From assembly GCA_040830765.1 (NCBI GenBank), contig JBFOMH010000013.1, positions 1 through 64,000 on the forward strand: a DNA stretch of 64,000 bases. Reading direction: 5' to 3'. The translations under genes were made by a program, and so were the position numbers. The notes beneath the pieces are model-generated. The model was not told the origin of the DNA. It saw only the letters and a program-made list of their open reading frames with translations, and ran no database searches. This DNA is from Puniceicoccaceae bacterium. Its GTDB lineage: Bacteria > Verrucomicrobiota > Verrucomicrobiia > Opitutales > Oceanipulchritudinaceae. Below, piece after piece: positions 47,016 through 56,781 of the stretch (position 1 is the stretch's first letter; each line of letters opens with the position of its first letter).

Positions 47016-47108
47016 GTACAGGCCTCTGGCCTGTACCACCGCCTACAGGCGGGACGCCTGTAGTCCTTTGCACCAGCCCGGCCATAACTGCAGGCGGGAC
47101 GCCTGTAG
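47016..47108. repeat. Second cluster of REP-like palindromes
   Basis: GTACAGGCCTCTGGCCTGTAC (47016), CTACAGGCGGGACGCCTGTAG (47043), CTGCAGGCGGGACGCCTGTAG (47088). Confidence 0.8.
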
Positions 47109-47178
47109 TCCTTGAGAGAGTATCGGCAAAGGCCCAATTTGGCTTCCCTCCAGCGTAACTTTTGGTTAAGCTGGCCAC

Positions 47179-47871
47179 ATGAGTGTGGAGAAAAGTTCAC
47201 TGGAGCGCTGCCAGTCATTCATTGACAGCAATTTTGTCAAAACCCGGCAGGAGAAGCCGCGCAAGCGCCTTGCCATTACCCTCTCCCGCCAGAAGTTCAG
47301 CAAGAGTCACGCGATTGCCGATCAGTTGATGCCCCTCCTGCAGCGGGACAAGATCCTCGGCACGGACCACTGGGCCCTCTTCGACCGGGATCTTGTCCAT
47401 CGGATCCTTGAGGACCATAACCTTCCCGAAACCATTGCCCGCTACATGCCGGAAGACCGGGACCACGACGTGACCGGGCTCATCAACGAGATCCTCGGTC
47501 TCCATCCCTCTTCATGGAAGCTCTTCCACTATACCTGCGACACCATCCACAAGCTGGCCTCAGTGGGCAATGTCATCGTCATTGGCCGCGGCTCCCACAT
47601 TATTACCCGGTCCATGCCGCATGTCCTCAAGGTACGGATAATTTGTCCCCTCGAGAAACGTGTCGAACGGGCAGCCCGTCTCCTCGACCTGACACTCGAG
47701 GAGGCGCAGAAGATCGTGAAACAGGACGATGCTGCCCGGACCGCCTTTGTCCGTTCCCACTTTGATGAGGATATCGCCGATCCCCTCGCCTACGATCTGA
47801 CTATCAACACGGAACACCTGTCGGTGGAGGACGGGGCCTACATCCTGCTCCAAGCGCTTCGGGATCACTGA
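47179..47871 (+). CDS. Cytidylate kinase-like family protein
   Basis: ITLSRQ, VIVIGRG, D..R..F....F, YDLTINT. Confidence 0.8.
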   Translation: MSVEKSSLERCQSFIDSNFVKTRQEKPRKRLAITLSRQKFSKSHAIADQLMPLLQRDKILGTDHWALFDRDLVHRILEDHNLPETIARYMPEDRDHDVTGLINEILGLHPSSWKLFHYTCDTIHKLASVGNVIVIGRGSHIITRSMPHVLKVRIICPLEKRVERAARLLDLTLEEAQKIVKQDDAARTAFVRSHFDEDIADPLAYDLTINTEHLSVEDGAYILLQALRDH

Positions 47872-47907
47872 GTTGACAAATGATGGCTTCCAGCCGTCCT
47901 TTAGACC

Positions 47908-48225
47908 ATGCCGACCGTCCCCCCGCCCGAGTCCATTGAACTGATAGGAACCATGGTGGCCATCCGCTGGCCGGATGGACGCGAGGACTTCTATCCCATG
48001 GAGCGGCTCCGCGCCCTCTCCCCCAGCGCCGACAACATCGGCGAGCCGGATATCTTCGGCAACATCCATGGAGCCGATCCGCGGACCGAGTTTCCCGGCG
48101 TCACCGTCAACGACTACGAAATTGTCGGCCGCTATGCCGTCCGCTTCATCTTCAGCGATGGCCACCAGACCGGCTTGTTCTCCTTCCCCTATCTGCTTAA
48201 GATTGGGGATGAGATGGCGGACTAA
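47908..48225 (+). CDS. DUF971 / GBBH-like N-terminal domain protein
   Basis: IRWPDG, LRALSPSA, VGRYAV...FSDGH.TGLFS..YL. Confidence 0.85.
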   Translation: MPTVPPPESIELIGTMVAIRWPDGREDFYPMERLRALSPSADNIGEPDIFGNIHGADPRTEFPGVTVNDYEIVGRYAVRFIFSDGHQTGLFSFPYLLKIGDEMAD

Positions 48226-48289
48226 GGACGAAAGACCCATGACAGAGGACAATTTTCGCCCTTCGTCCAGAGTCTTTCGTCCTTAGTCC
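48219..48289. terminator. 18-bp perfect inverted repeat spanning both stop codons of convergent genes
   Basis: GGACTAAGGACGAAAGAC (48219-48236) / GTCTTTCGTCCTTAGTCC (48272-48289). Confidence 0.6.
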
Positions 48290-49248
48290 ACTCGCATCTG
48301 CCGTTCCTCGAGGAACGGTTCCGGATCGGAGGCAAAGTGCCCGGGGGATACTTCCGTCATTTCCGCGCGGGCGCGCTCACCGGCACCCAGCATGAAGAGC
48401 GGTGACGGCGGATCCCCTTCAAGGACAATGCGCTTGCGGGAGCGTTCGACATCAGGATCGGGGACGGGAATGGCGCTGATCAGCGCCTTGGTGTACGGAT
48501 GGTACGGATTGTCCATGATCTCGGTGGCCTCGCCCAGCTCAACCAGGCGTCCGAGGTACATGACCGCGATGCGGTCGGAGATGTATTTCACCACGGAGAG
48601 GTCATGGGAAATGAAAATCATCGTCAGGCCCATCTCCGCAGTCAGCTTCTTGAGCAGGTTGAGGATCTGCGACTGGATGGAGACGTCGAGGGCGGAGACC
48701 GGTTCGTCGGCAATGACCAGCTTTGGTTCCGGCGCGAGGGCCCGGGCAATGGCGATGCGCTGGCGCTGGCCACCGGAGAACTCGTGCGGGTACTTCTTCA
48801 TCTGGGCCGGGTTGAGGCCGACGGTCCTCATCAGGACCCCGACCGCATCCGCCAGTTTGGATCCCTTGAAATCATGCCGCGTGCGGATGGCCTCGGAAAG
48901 GGTGTCATAGACCGTCAGGCGCGGATTCAGGGAAGCGTACGGATCCTGGAAAATCATCTGGAAGTTGAGCCGCTCCTGGCGCACCGCTTCCTGCGAAAGA
49001 CTGGTCAGTTCCTTCCCCTCAAGGGTGATGCGCCCCTCGGTGGCAGGCTGGAGCTGCATGATGGTCCGGGAAAGCGTGGTCTTCCCACAACCCGACTCGC
49101 CCACCAATCCAAGGATTTCCCCTTTCCGCAGGGAAAGGCTGATCCCGTCTACCGCCCGGACATGCCCGATGGTGTGCTTCCGGATAACGCCCTTGGTGAT
49201 CGGGAACCAGGTCTTGACCCCTTCCATGTTCAGGAAATCCTCAGCCAT
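48283..49248 (-). CDS. oppF: Oligopeptide ABC transporter ATP-binding protein
   Basis: GESGCGKT, FQDPYASLNPR, FSGGQRQR, DEPVSALD, HPYT. Confidence 0.9.
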   Translation of the reverse strand: MAEDFLNMEGVKTWFPITKGVIRKHTIGHVRAVDGISLSLRKGEILGLVGESGCGKTTLSRTIMQLQPATEGRITLEGKELTSLSQEAVRQERLNFQMIFQDPYASLNPRLTVYDTLSEAIRTRHDFKGSKLADAVGVLMRTVGLNPAQMKKYPHEFSGGQRQRIAIARALAPEPKLVIADEPVSALDVSIQSQILNLLKKLTAEMGLTMIFISHDLSVVKYISDRIAVMYLGRLVELGEATEIMDNPYHPYTKALISAIPVPDPDVERSRKRIVLEGDPPSPLFMLGAGERARAEMTEVSPGHFASDPEPFLEERQMRVD

Positions 49249-50239
49249 CGAGCACCTCCTCCAGTGGTGGTAGAATAACATCCGATTCCCGTACCCAATG
49301 GGTATCGGAAACCTGCCTTAGCGGCGGTGGGGTGTTGTCCCACTTGCCGCCACTGGTGATGCCTTCCCGCAGGGCAAAGGCATCGCCGGGAATCGGCCGC
49401 GAAAGATCCGGCGGGAGGCCTGGGATGGTGTAAAGCGGCTTCCCTTTACTCCCAAGTGACGGAATGCTCCGCTGCAGGGCAACGGTGTAGGGATGCTGGG
49501 CGTTCTTGAAAATGTCGTCCGCGGTCCCGCTTTCGACAATCTTGCCGGCGTACATGACGTTGATCCGGTCGCACATGCCCGCGACAACCCCGAGGTCGTG
49601 GGTGATGAGGATGACCGCACTGTTGTTGGCCCTCTGGCGCTCGCGGATCAGCTCCAGGATCTGGGCCTGCACGGTCACGTCGAGTGCCGTTGTTGGCTCG
49701 TCGGCAATGAGCAGTTCCGGGTGGGTAATCATCGACATGGCGATCATCACCCGCTGGCGCATGCCACCGGAAAACTCGTGCGGATAAAACTGGATACGGG
49801 TCGAGGCCTCCGTGATGCCGACTTCCTCCAATGACTTGATGGCCCGGGCGAGGGCTTCCTTCTTGCTCAGCTTTTCATGGATGCGGAGGGCCTCGATCAA
49901 CTGCGTGGAAACCCGCAGGTACGGATTCAGGGAGGTCATCGGATCCTGGAAAATCATCGAGATCTTCTTGCCCCGGATGCCCTGCAGGGTCTTCTCGCTG
50001 GCGGAAAGCAGGTCGACCTTGCCGTCAAGGATAGCTTGGCCGCCCTCAATGCGACCGGGTGGCTGGGGAATCAGTCCCAGCAGGGAATAGCAACTGACCG
50101 ACTTGCCGGATCCCGACTCGCCGACAATCCCTAGCGTCTCGCCCCGGGAAACGGAGAAGGACACCCCATCCACTGCCCGGACAACGCCGTTGCGGGTATG
50201 GAAGTAGGTCTTCAGGTCCTTGACTTCAAGAATGGGCAT
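49241..50239 (-). CDS. oppD: Oligopeptide ABC transporter ATP-binding protein
   Basis: GESGSGKS, FQDPMTSLNP, FSGGMRQR, DEPTTALD. Confidence 0.9.
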   Translation of the reverse strand: MPILEVKDLKTYFHTRNGVVRAVDGVSFSVSRGETLGIVGESGSGKSVSCYSLLGLIPQPPGRIEGGQAILDGKVDLLSASEKTLQGIRGKKISMIFQDPMTSLNPYLRVSTQLIEALRIHEKLSKKEALARAIKSLEEVGITEASTRIQFYPHEFSGGMRQRVMIAMSMITHPELLIADEPTTALDVTVQAQILELIRERQRANNSAVILITHDLGVVAGMCDRINVMYAGKIVESGTADDIFKNAQHPYTVALQRSIPSLGSKGKPLYTIPGLPPDLSRPIPGDAFALREGITSGGKWDNTPPPLRQVSDTHWVRESDVILPPLEEVLDG

Positions 50240-50242
50240 CGA

Positions 50243-51166
50243 TCAATCCTTGCTGGACTTCGGGTCGAGGGCGTCGCGCAGGCCGTCGCCGAGAAAGTTG
50301 AGGGAGAAGAGGGTCACGGAGAAAAACAGGGCCGGGATAATCAGCAGGTAGGGGAAGAGCTGGATGTTGTCCGCCCCGAGCTTGATGAGGCTTCCCCATG
50401 AGGGCATCGGCGGTTGCACCCCGAGACCAAGGAAGCTGAGGAAGCTTTCCAGCAGCATGACAGCCGGCACCGTCAGGGTCGCATAGACCACGACCACCCC
50501 GAGGACATTCGGGATGATGTGCCGCAGAATGATGCGGCGCGTGGAGTATCCCAGCGAGACCGCGGCCTCGACAAATTCCTGCTTCTTCAGGCTAAGCACC
50601 TGGCCGCGGACAATACGGGCCATGGTCAGCCATTCCACTGCCCCGATGACGATAAACAGGAGCACAATACTTCGCTCGAAAATCGTCATTAGGAGAATGA
50701 CAAAGATCGTGAACGGCAGGGCGTAGAGAACATCGACCACGCGCATCATGGCCGCATCAACTTTCCCCCCGATATAGGCCGCCGTGGCCCCGTAGGTAAT
50801 CCCGATGAGGAGCGAGACGGTGGTGGCGATGATCCCCACCCCGAGGGAAACGCGCCCCCCGACCATGACCCGGGTCAACTGGTCGCGGCCAAGGTCATCG
50901 GTCCCGAAGGGATGCTGCAGGCTCGGGGAAAGAAGCGTCTTTTCCAAGTCGTTGCTGCGATAGTCATGGGGGGAAAGAAACGGTCCGATGAAACAGAAGA
51001 CGCCCATGAAGATGAGGACCCAGAAGGAAATCAAGGCGAGGTGGTTCTTCTTCAGGCGGTGCCAGGCATCCTGCCACAGGGAGGTCCCGGCCTCGATGGC
51101 ATCAAGGTCGACCGTTGCCTCCGGGAGGCGCTTTTCGGATGGACTGAGGTTGGCTTTCACGGACAT
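50243..51166 (-). CDS. oppC: Oligopeptide ABC transporter permease
   Basis: [15 protein letters not shown] loop, [17 protein letters not shown]. Confidence 0.92.
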   Translation of the reverse strand: MSVKANLSPSEKRLPEATVDLDAIEAGTSLWQDAWHRLKKNHLALISFWVLIFMGVFCFIGPFLSPHDYRSNDLEKTLLSPSLQHPFGTDDLGRDQLTRVMVGGRVSLGVGIIATTVSLLIGITYGATAAYIGGKVDAAMMRVVDVLYALPFTIFVILLMTIFERSIVLLFIVIGAVEWLTMARIVRGQVLSLKKQEFVEAAVSLGYSTRRIILRHIIPNVLGVVVVYATLTVPAVMLLESFLSFLGLGVQPPMPSWGSLIKLGADNIQLFPYLLIIPALFFSVTLFSLNFLGDGLRDALDPKSSKD

Positions 51167-52086
51167 CAGGAATCTTCGAAGCGCAGGCGCGGGTTAAGGA
51201 TGACCTGCACGATATCAACGAGCAGGTTGGCAGCGGTGATAAGGACGGCGTAGAGGATGACCGTCCCCAGCACGAGGGTGTAGTCACGGTCAAAGGCGGA
51301 GCTGACAAACTCGCGCCCCATGCCGGGAATCTGGAAAATAGTCTCGACGACGAAACTGCCGGAAATGATTCCCGCCAGCGCAGGCCCGAGGAAGGAAATG
51401 ACCGGTAGCAATCCACCCTTCAGAGTGTGCAGGACAATGATGCGGATAAAGGGGACCCCCTTGGCCTTGGCCGTACGGATAAAGTCCTGGGAAAGGATTT
51501 CCAGCATGCCGCCGCGGGTAATCCGGGCAATGAAGGCCGCATAGACCAGCCCGATGGTCAGGGCAGGCAGGACACGGTCCGCCGGGATAAACCAGCCGGA
51601 GACATTAAACCACCCGAGCCAGACCCCGAAGACCAGGGCCAGGATCGGGCCAAGGACAAAGGTGGGCAGGCATATCCCGATCATGGCCATCGCCATGGGA
51701 AAGTAGTCGGCAAAAGAATTGCGGAAGACCGCTGCCGTTATTCCCACCGGCAGGCCGATGCACAACGCGATCAGCAGTGCCCAACCACCCAGCTCAAGAC
51801 TGACCGGGAAACTGGCTTTCAGGATCTGGTTAACCGAGCGGGTTTCGGTGAAGGAGGGCCCAAGGTCCCCTTTCAGCAGCTGGCCGAGGTAATTCCCATA
51901 CTGCACCATCAAGGGCTGATCGAGGCCGTAGTGCTCCATCAAGCGCTGCTTGATATGCTCCGGCATCTTGCGCTCCGCACTGAACGGATCGCCCGGTGCA
52001 AAGCGAACCATGAAAAAAGTGACTGTAATAATGACGAAGATGACCAGTACCGACTGGGCGATTCGTCTGAGGATGAACTTTAACAT
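51166..52086 (-). CDS. oppB: Oligopeptide ABC transporter permease
   Basis: APGDPF, GDLGPS, FIRTAKAKG, ETIF.IPGMG. Confidence 0.92.
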   Translation of the reverse strand: MLKFILRRIAQSVLVIFVIITVTFFMVRFAPGDPFSAERKMPEHIKQRLMEHYGLDQPLMVQYGNYLGQLLKGDLGPSFTETRSVNQILKASFPVSLELGGWALLIALCIGLPVGITAAVFRNSFADYFPMAMAMIGICLPTFVLGPILALVFGVWLGWFNVSGWFIPADRVLPALTIGLVYAAFIARITRGGMLEILSQDFIRTAKAKGVPFIRIIVLHTLKGGLLPVISFLGPALAGIISGSFVVETIFQIPGMGREFVSSAFDRDYTLVLGTVILYAVLITAANLLVDIVQVILNPRLRFEDS

Positions 52087-52143
52087 GGATTCCGAATTCC
52101 TTGGCCGCGGATGCAGACTCTGCGGGAGTGGTTTCCCGGCCGC

Positions 52144-53781
52144 TTATTCGCTCAAATAAATGTATTTGTAGGGACGGTTGTCCAGTAGTTTCGGGTTCCA
52201 GTTCTTCACCCGGGGATCCTTGAGGTAGATGCGGGTATACCAGTAGAGTGGCGCGATGGGCAGCTCATCCAGAAGGATCTGCTCAGCCTCAAGGAGGTAA
52301 CCGAAGTGCTCCTCCTCGGTCCCGGACCGGAAGGCGGCTGCGATCAGCTCGTCGTACCGTTCATTGGACCACCCGGTGTCATTGTTACCATTACCGGTGG
52401 TGAACATTTCGAGGAAAGTAATCGGGTCCATGTAATCCCCGATCCAGCCGGAGCGGCAGATGTCGTAATCAAGGTGGGACTGGGCATCGAGGAAGACCTT
52501 CCATTCCTTGTTCTCCAGCTGCATGTTGATGCCGAGGTTCTTGTTCCACATGGCAACAATGGCCTCGGCAATCTTGCGGTGGCCCTCCGAGGTGTTGAAA
52601 AGCATGTAGAGCTCGGGGAATCCTTCCCCGTTGGGATAACCGGCCTCGGCCAGAAGCTGGCGGGCCCTTTCGGGATCGTAGCCAAGCGTGTCCGGTGAGG
52701 GGTAACCATTAAATCCAGCCGGGACAAAGGCATGCGCCGGCTTCTGGTCCCCAAGGGCAACCTTTTCCACAATGGCCGTACGGTCGATGGCCAGGTTGAA
52801 GGCCTGGCGGACCAGTGGATTATCCAGCGGTGGCCGGGTAACATTGAACCGGTAGAAGTATGTCCCGAGGTAATCATCAATATGGATGAGGTCCGGCTCC
52901 GTTTCCTTGAGCACCGGCACATCGTTGGTTGGGACCGTGCTGGTGAGGTGCATGAGACCGGAATCAAACATCCGGTTCTCGGTATTGTCATCCTCCACCG
53001 GGTAAAAATAGATCGCGTTAAGTCGCATGGTCTCGCGGTCCCAGTAGGTCGGGCTCTTGGATACCCGGATGAACTGGTTCGGCCGCCATTCATCGAGGAT
53101 GAAGGGCCCGTTGCCGACGAAGTTCTCCGGCAGGGTCCACTCCCCGCTCATGTCGAACATTCCCCCATGGGCCTCGATGGTCGGGCCATGGACCGGAAAC
53201 CAGCTGTAATGCTTCAACATGTTGAGGAAGTACGGAGTCGGGCCGATGAGGTCCATCTGCAGCGTCTTCTCATCCAGCGCAGTCACGCCGACGTCCGCGA
53301 AATCACTCACTTCTCCACGATGGTACTCCTCCCCGTTTTTCAGCATAAAGAGCATCTGCAGATACTCACCGGGGGAATCCGGATGGAGCATGCGATTGTA
53401 GGAATAGACAAAATCCTGCGCAGTGACCGGATCACCATTGCTCCAATAGGCATCCTCACGGATACGGAAGGTCCATGAGGAGGCATCCTCGTTGGATTCC
53501 CAGCTTTCCGCCATGCCCGGCTCCGGCAGGTTGTCATCCAGCGGATGGTAGGTGATAAGCCCCTCGATGAGGGCGGAGATAATGTGGTTCTCGGTCACCC
53601 CGGTGGCCCGTTGCGGGTCCAGGGTCTTCGGCTCGGCCCCGTTGCCGTAAAGCAGGATACCCTGCTCGACCGCCTCATCGGCATTGGGGACGCCTTCCCC
53701 GCAGCCGGAAAGAAAGAGCCCGGCCCCCGCCAGCAGGAAGAGCATGGAGGCCTTGGAAATACAGGAAACTAGCGAATTCAT
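52144..53781 (-). CDS. oppA: Oligopeptide ABC transporter substrate-binding lipoprotein
   Basis: Lipobox LSGC, EPKTLDP, WSNGDPVTA.DF, GNGPF, GWIGDY. Confidence 0.92.
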   Translation of the reverse strand: MNSLVSCISKASMLFLLAGAGLFLSGCGEGVPNADEAVEQGILLYGNGAEPKTLDPQRATGVTENHIISALIEGLITYHPLDDNLPEPGMAESWESNEDASSWTFRIREDAYWSNGDPVTAQDFVYSYNRMLHPDSPGEYLQMLFMLKNGEEYHRGEVSDFADVGVTALDEKTLQMDLIGPTPYFLNMLKHYSWFPVHGPTIEAHGGMFDMSGEWTLPENFVGNGPFILDEWRPNQFIRVSKSPTYWDRETMRLNAIYFYPVEDDNTENRMFDSGLMHLTSTVPTNDVPVLKETEPDLIHIDDYLGTYFYRFNVTRPPLDNPLVRQAFNLAIDRTAIVEKVALGDQKPAHAFVPAGFNGYPSPDTLGYDPERARQLLAEAGYPNGEGFPELYMLFNTSEGHRKIAEAIVAMWNKNLGINMQLENKEWKVFLDAQSHLDYDICRSGWIGDYMDPITFLEMFTTGNGNNDTGWSNERYDELIAAAFRSGTEEEHFGYLLEAEQILLDELPIAPLYWYTRIYLKDPRVKNWNPKLLDNRPYKYIYLSE

Positions 53782-53870
53782 GCCATGCACGGTCACGAAT
53801 TTGCGGGAAATTGCAATTCCGATTGAATTTCTCCGGCGATCGAGGACACTGCAGCTCAAATCTTATAGAA

Positions 53871-54704
53871 ATGCCGCTGTCCACCACTCACAAACGTTTC
53901 GACTGCCACATGCACACACCCCTCTGCGGGCACGCTTCCGGCGATCCAGAGGAGTATGTCGACGCAGCCGCCATCCGTGACATCCGCCTCATCACCTTCA
54001 CCTGTCACATCCCGATGGCTGATGCCGCCTTTGCCCAGGAAGGGATCCGCATGACGCCGAATGAAATCAGTGAGTACCGCCGGATCATTAACCGGGCCCG
54101 CAAATACGGGGAATCGATAGGAGTGGAAGTTCTCTATGGCATTGAGGCGGAAATCCACCCGGATGAGGCTGCGATGCGGGAGATGGACAAGGTCCTGGCC
54201 GCCGAGCCATTCGACTTCGTGCTCGGTTCCCTTCACCACATGCTCCCGGCTTTCCGGGATTGGCTGGCGGAAAACCAGTATGAGACCGATGCGGAGAAAA
54301 TCGCCGCTTATTTCCATTGTCTCGGCGAAGGCGCCCGCAGCGGGCGCTACCACAGCCTTTCGCATCCGGATGTGATCCGTATCTATGGTTCATTGGCCAG
54401 GCCCTTCGAACCGGAAAAACACGAAGCCGTCATCAGCAGCTTCCTCGACATTGTCGCGGATGCTGGCATCTGCCTGGAGATCAATACCAGCGGCCTGATC
54501 AAGGGCGATTATGTCGTCCATCCCGATCCCTGCATCATGCAGTGGGCACTGGAGCGCGATATTCCCTTCACCATCGGATCCGATTCCCATGCTCCCCGGA
54601 TGGTGGGACAGTTCTTCGAGGAGGTCATTGCCGACTTCAAGCCGATGGGCCTGCGTCAGCTCCACTACTTCCGGCAGGGCCAGCGCATTGCCGTACCCCT
54701 GTAA
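53871..54704 (+). CDS. Histidinol-phosphatase, HisJ/PHP family
   Basis: DCHMHTPLCGHA, GSLH, SHPD, EINTSG, GSDSH. Confidence 0.85.
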   Translation: MPLSTTHKRFDCHMHTPLCGHASGDPEEYVDAAAIRDIRLITFTCHIPMADAAFAQEGIRMTPNEISEYRRIINRARKYGESIGVEVLYGIEAEIHPDEAAMREMDKVLAAEPFDFVLGSLHHMLPAFRDWLAENQYETDAEKIAAYFHCLGEGARSGRYHSLSHPDVIRIYGSLARPFEPEKHEAVISSFLDIVADAGICLEINTSGLIKGDYVVHPDPCIMQWALERDIPFTIGSDSHAPRMVGQFFEEVIADFKPMGLRQLHYFRQGQRIAVPL

Positions 54705-54710
54705 CCCATC

Positions 54711-54735
54711 CCTCGTCCTTCGTCCTTCGTCCTTG
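54711..54735 (+). repeat. Short heptamer tandem repeat (TCGTCCT)
   Basis: CCTCGTCCTTCGTCCTTCGTCCTTG; same unit as in the 48219-48289 element. Confidence 0.6.
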
Positions 54736-54794
54736 GTCCAACCAAGGTTTCTTCTCGCCTTGGGGCGTGACACCGCCCAAAGTCTGGGCCCAAC

Positions 54795-56531
54795 ATGGCA
54801 AAGGCAGCGAAAGAATCATGGAATTCGCGTATCGGGGTCATTTTGGCTGTCTCCGGAAGCGCGGTGGGATTGGGTAATTTCCTCCGGTTTCCGGGACAAG
54901 TGGCCGAATACGGTGGCGGCGCCTTCATGGTGGCCTATTTCATCTCCTTTCTGCTAATTGGGCTGCCCATCTGTTGGGCGGAATGGACTATGGGGCGCTA
55001 TGGCGGGGAGAGGGGCTTCCATACCGCGGTCGGGATCTTCAACGCCATTACCAAGCATCCGGCTGGCAAGTACCTCGGCATCATCGGCATCAATATTCCC
55101 GTGATCATCTACATGTACTATGTCCTCATTGAGGCATGGTGCCTGGGTTACGCGGTCAATTTCATGGCCGGCCGGATGAACTTTGAAAACGCCGGCGAGG
55201 TAGGTACGTTCTTTGCCGCCTTTACCGGGGCCGCCGCTGACGGGAGCGGCCTGGGATTCAGCGGTATCTCCCAGGTTGGCATCTTCCTGCTCATCTGCTT
55301 TGCCTTGAATTTCTACCTCATCTACCGGGGGCTGTCCAAAGGCATCGAGCTCTTCTGTAAATACGCCATGCCCGCCCTGGTGGTCCTTGCCGTCATTATC
55401 CTCATCCGCGTCCTGACCCTCGGTACACCCGACCCAAGTACTCCGGAGAAGTCCATCAACGCCGGACTTGGCTTCATGTGGAATCCGAACAAGGTGATGC
55501 TGGTGGAAACGGTCACCCAGGCTGACGGAAGCGTCTCGACCACGGAAAAGCCGGTCTTTGGAAAGGCCTTCATCGCGGAGGCCGAAGCAGCGGCCGCGGC
55601 ATCGGAGTCCCTGGCCATCCGCCGCATCGGCATTGGCCAGCAATTGAAGAATCCGCAACTCTGGCTGGCCGCTGCCGGGCAGATCTTCTTTTCCCTCTCC
55701 GTTGGCTTTGGCATCATCATGACCTATGCCAGCTACCTGAAAAAGTCCGATGATGTGGTCCTCAGCGGCCTTGCCGCCACCAGTGCCAATGAATTCTGCG
55801 AAGTCGCGCTGGGTGGCCTGATCACCATTCCAGCGGCAGTGGCCTTCCTTGGGACCGCCGGGGCCGTGGGCAGCACCTTCGCCCTTGGGTTCAATGTGCT
55901 TCCCATGGTCTTTAGCTCCATGCCGGCAGGAAGCTTCTTCGGCTTCCTCTTCTTCTTCTTGCTTTTCCTCGCGGCAGTTACCAGTTCCCTCTCCATGCTG
56001 CAGCCTGGCATCGCCTTCCTGGAAAACGCCCTCAGCATCAACCGGAAACAATCAGTGGCCATTCTCGGCTTCATGACCGGCATCGGCACCCTTATGGTGG
56101 TCTACTTCTCCAAGGACTTGAAGGCACTGGACACGCTCGACTTCTGGTGCGGCACCTTCCTCATTTTCATCCTCGCGACGACCCAGATCATCGTCTTTGC
56201 CTGGGTCATGGGCATTCCCAAAGGATTTCAGGAAGCGCACAAGGGGGCCAACATGCACATTCCGAGGATATTCGGCCCCATCATGAAGTATGTGACCCCT
56301 GTCTTCCTGCTGGGCATTTTCTTCTTCTGGATTTCCGAGAACATCTTTGGCTACAACCTGATCACGGGCCAGGCCCAGCCCTCCGGGTACGTCCAGGATC
56401 TGTTCGGGGAGAATCCCAACCAGGTCGCCTGGCTTTCCATGGTTATCATTCTCTTGCTCATTGGGTTTACTTTCCTAATCGTCAACTCCAGCGCACATTT
56501 CCGGAAAACCTCGCATACCAACATTAAATAA
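54795..56531 (+). CDS. Sodium-dependent transporter, neurotransmitter:sodium symporter (NSS) family
   Basis: GSAVGLGNFLRFP, GGGAF, GQIFFSLSVGFG..TYASY. Confidence 0.93.
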   Translation: MAKAAKESWNSRIGVILAVSGSAVGLGNFLRFPGQVAEYGGGAFMVAYFISFLLIGLPICWAEWTMGRYGGERGFHTAVGIFNAITKHPAGKYLGIIGINIPVIIYMYYVLIEAWCLGYAVNFMAGRMNFENAGEVGTFFAAFTGAAADGSGLGFSGISQVGIFLLICFALNFYLIYRGLSKGIELFCKYAMPALVVLAVIILIRVLTLGTPDPSTPEKSINAGLGFMWNPNKVMLVETVTQADGSVSTTEKPVFGKAFIAEAEAAAAASESLAIRRIGIGQQLKNPQLWLAAAGQIFFSLSVGFGIIMTYASYLKKSDDVVLSGLAATSANEFCEVALGGLITIPAAVAFLGTAGAVGSTFALGFNVLPMVFSSMPAGSFFGFLFFFLLFLAAVTSSLSMLQPGIAFLENALSINRKQSVAILGFMTGIGTLMVVYFSKDLKALDTLDFWCGTFLIFILATTQIIVFAWVMGIPKGFQEAHKGANMHIPRIFGPIMKYVTPVFLLGIFFFWISENIFGYNLITGQAQPSGYVQDLFGENPNQVAWLSMVIILLLIGFTFLIVNSSAHFRKTSHTNIK

Positions 56532-56548
56532 TCCCAGGAGAATTGAAT

Positions 56549-56713
56549 ATGAACAGTGGCGGATGGTTTATCATGTTTTTATCGGTGGGCACGGTCAGCC
56601 TGCTGTTTGTCTATTGCATTTACCGGGTTCTCACCACGCCCGGAGAGACCGAAAAGCTCCACGGGTTTGAAATGGAGACCCCTGACGAGAAGGAACTGCG
56701 CGAGGACAGCTGA
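56549..56713 (+). CDS. 54-aa single-TM protein, MetS-like NSS small subunit (not in the ORF track)
   Basis: AGGAG RBS at 56536; MNSGGWFIMFLSVGTVSLLFVYCIYRVLTTPGETEKLHGFEMETPDEKELREDS*. Confidence 0.75.
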   Translation: MNSGGWFIMFLSVGTVSLLFVYCIYRVLTTPGETEKLHGFEMETPDEKELREDS

Positions 56714-56781
56714 GGTGGCTGGCAGCCGATTTAGGGTTGCCTCCGATTGCCCCATTGGCCACGAATTTAGTTTTCGCAACA

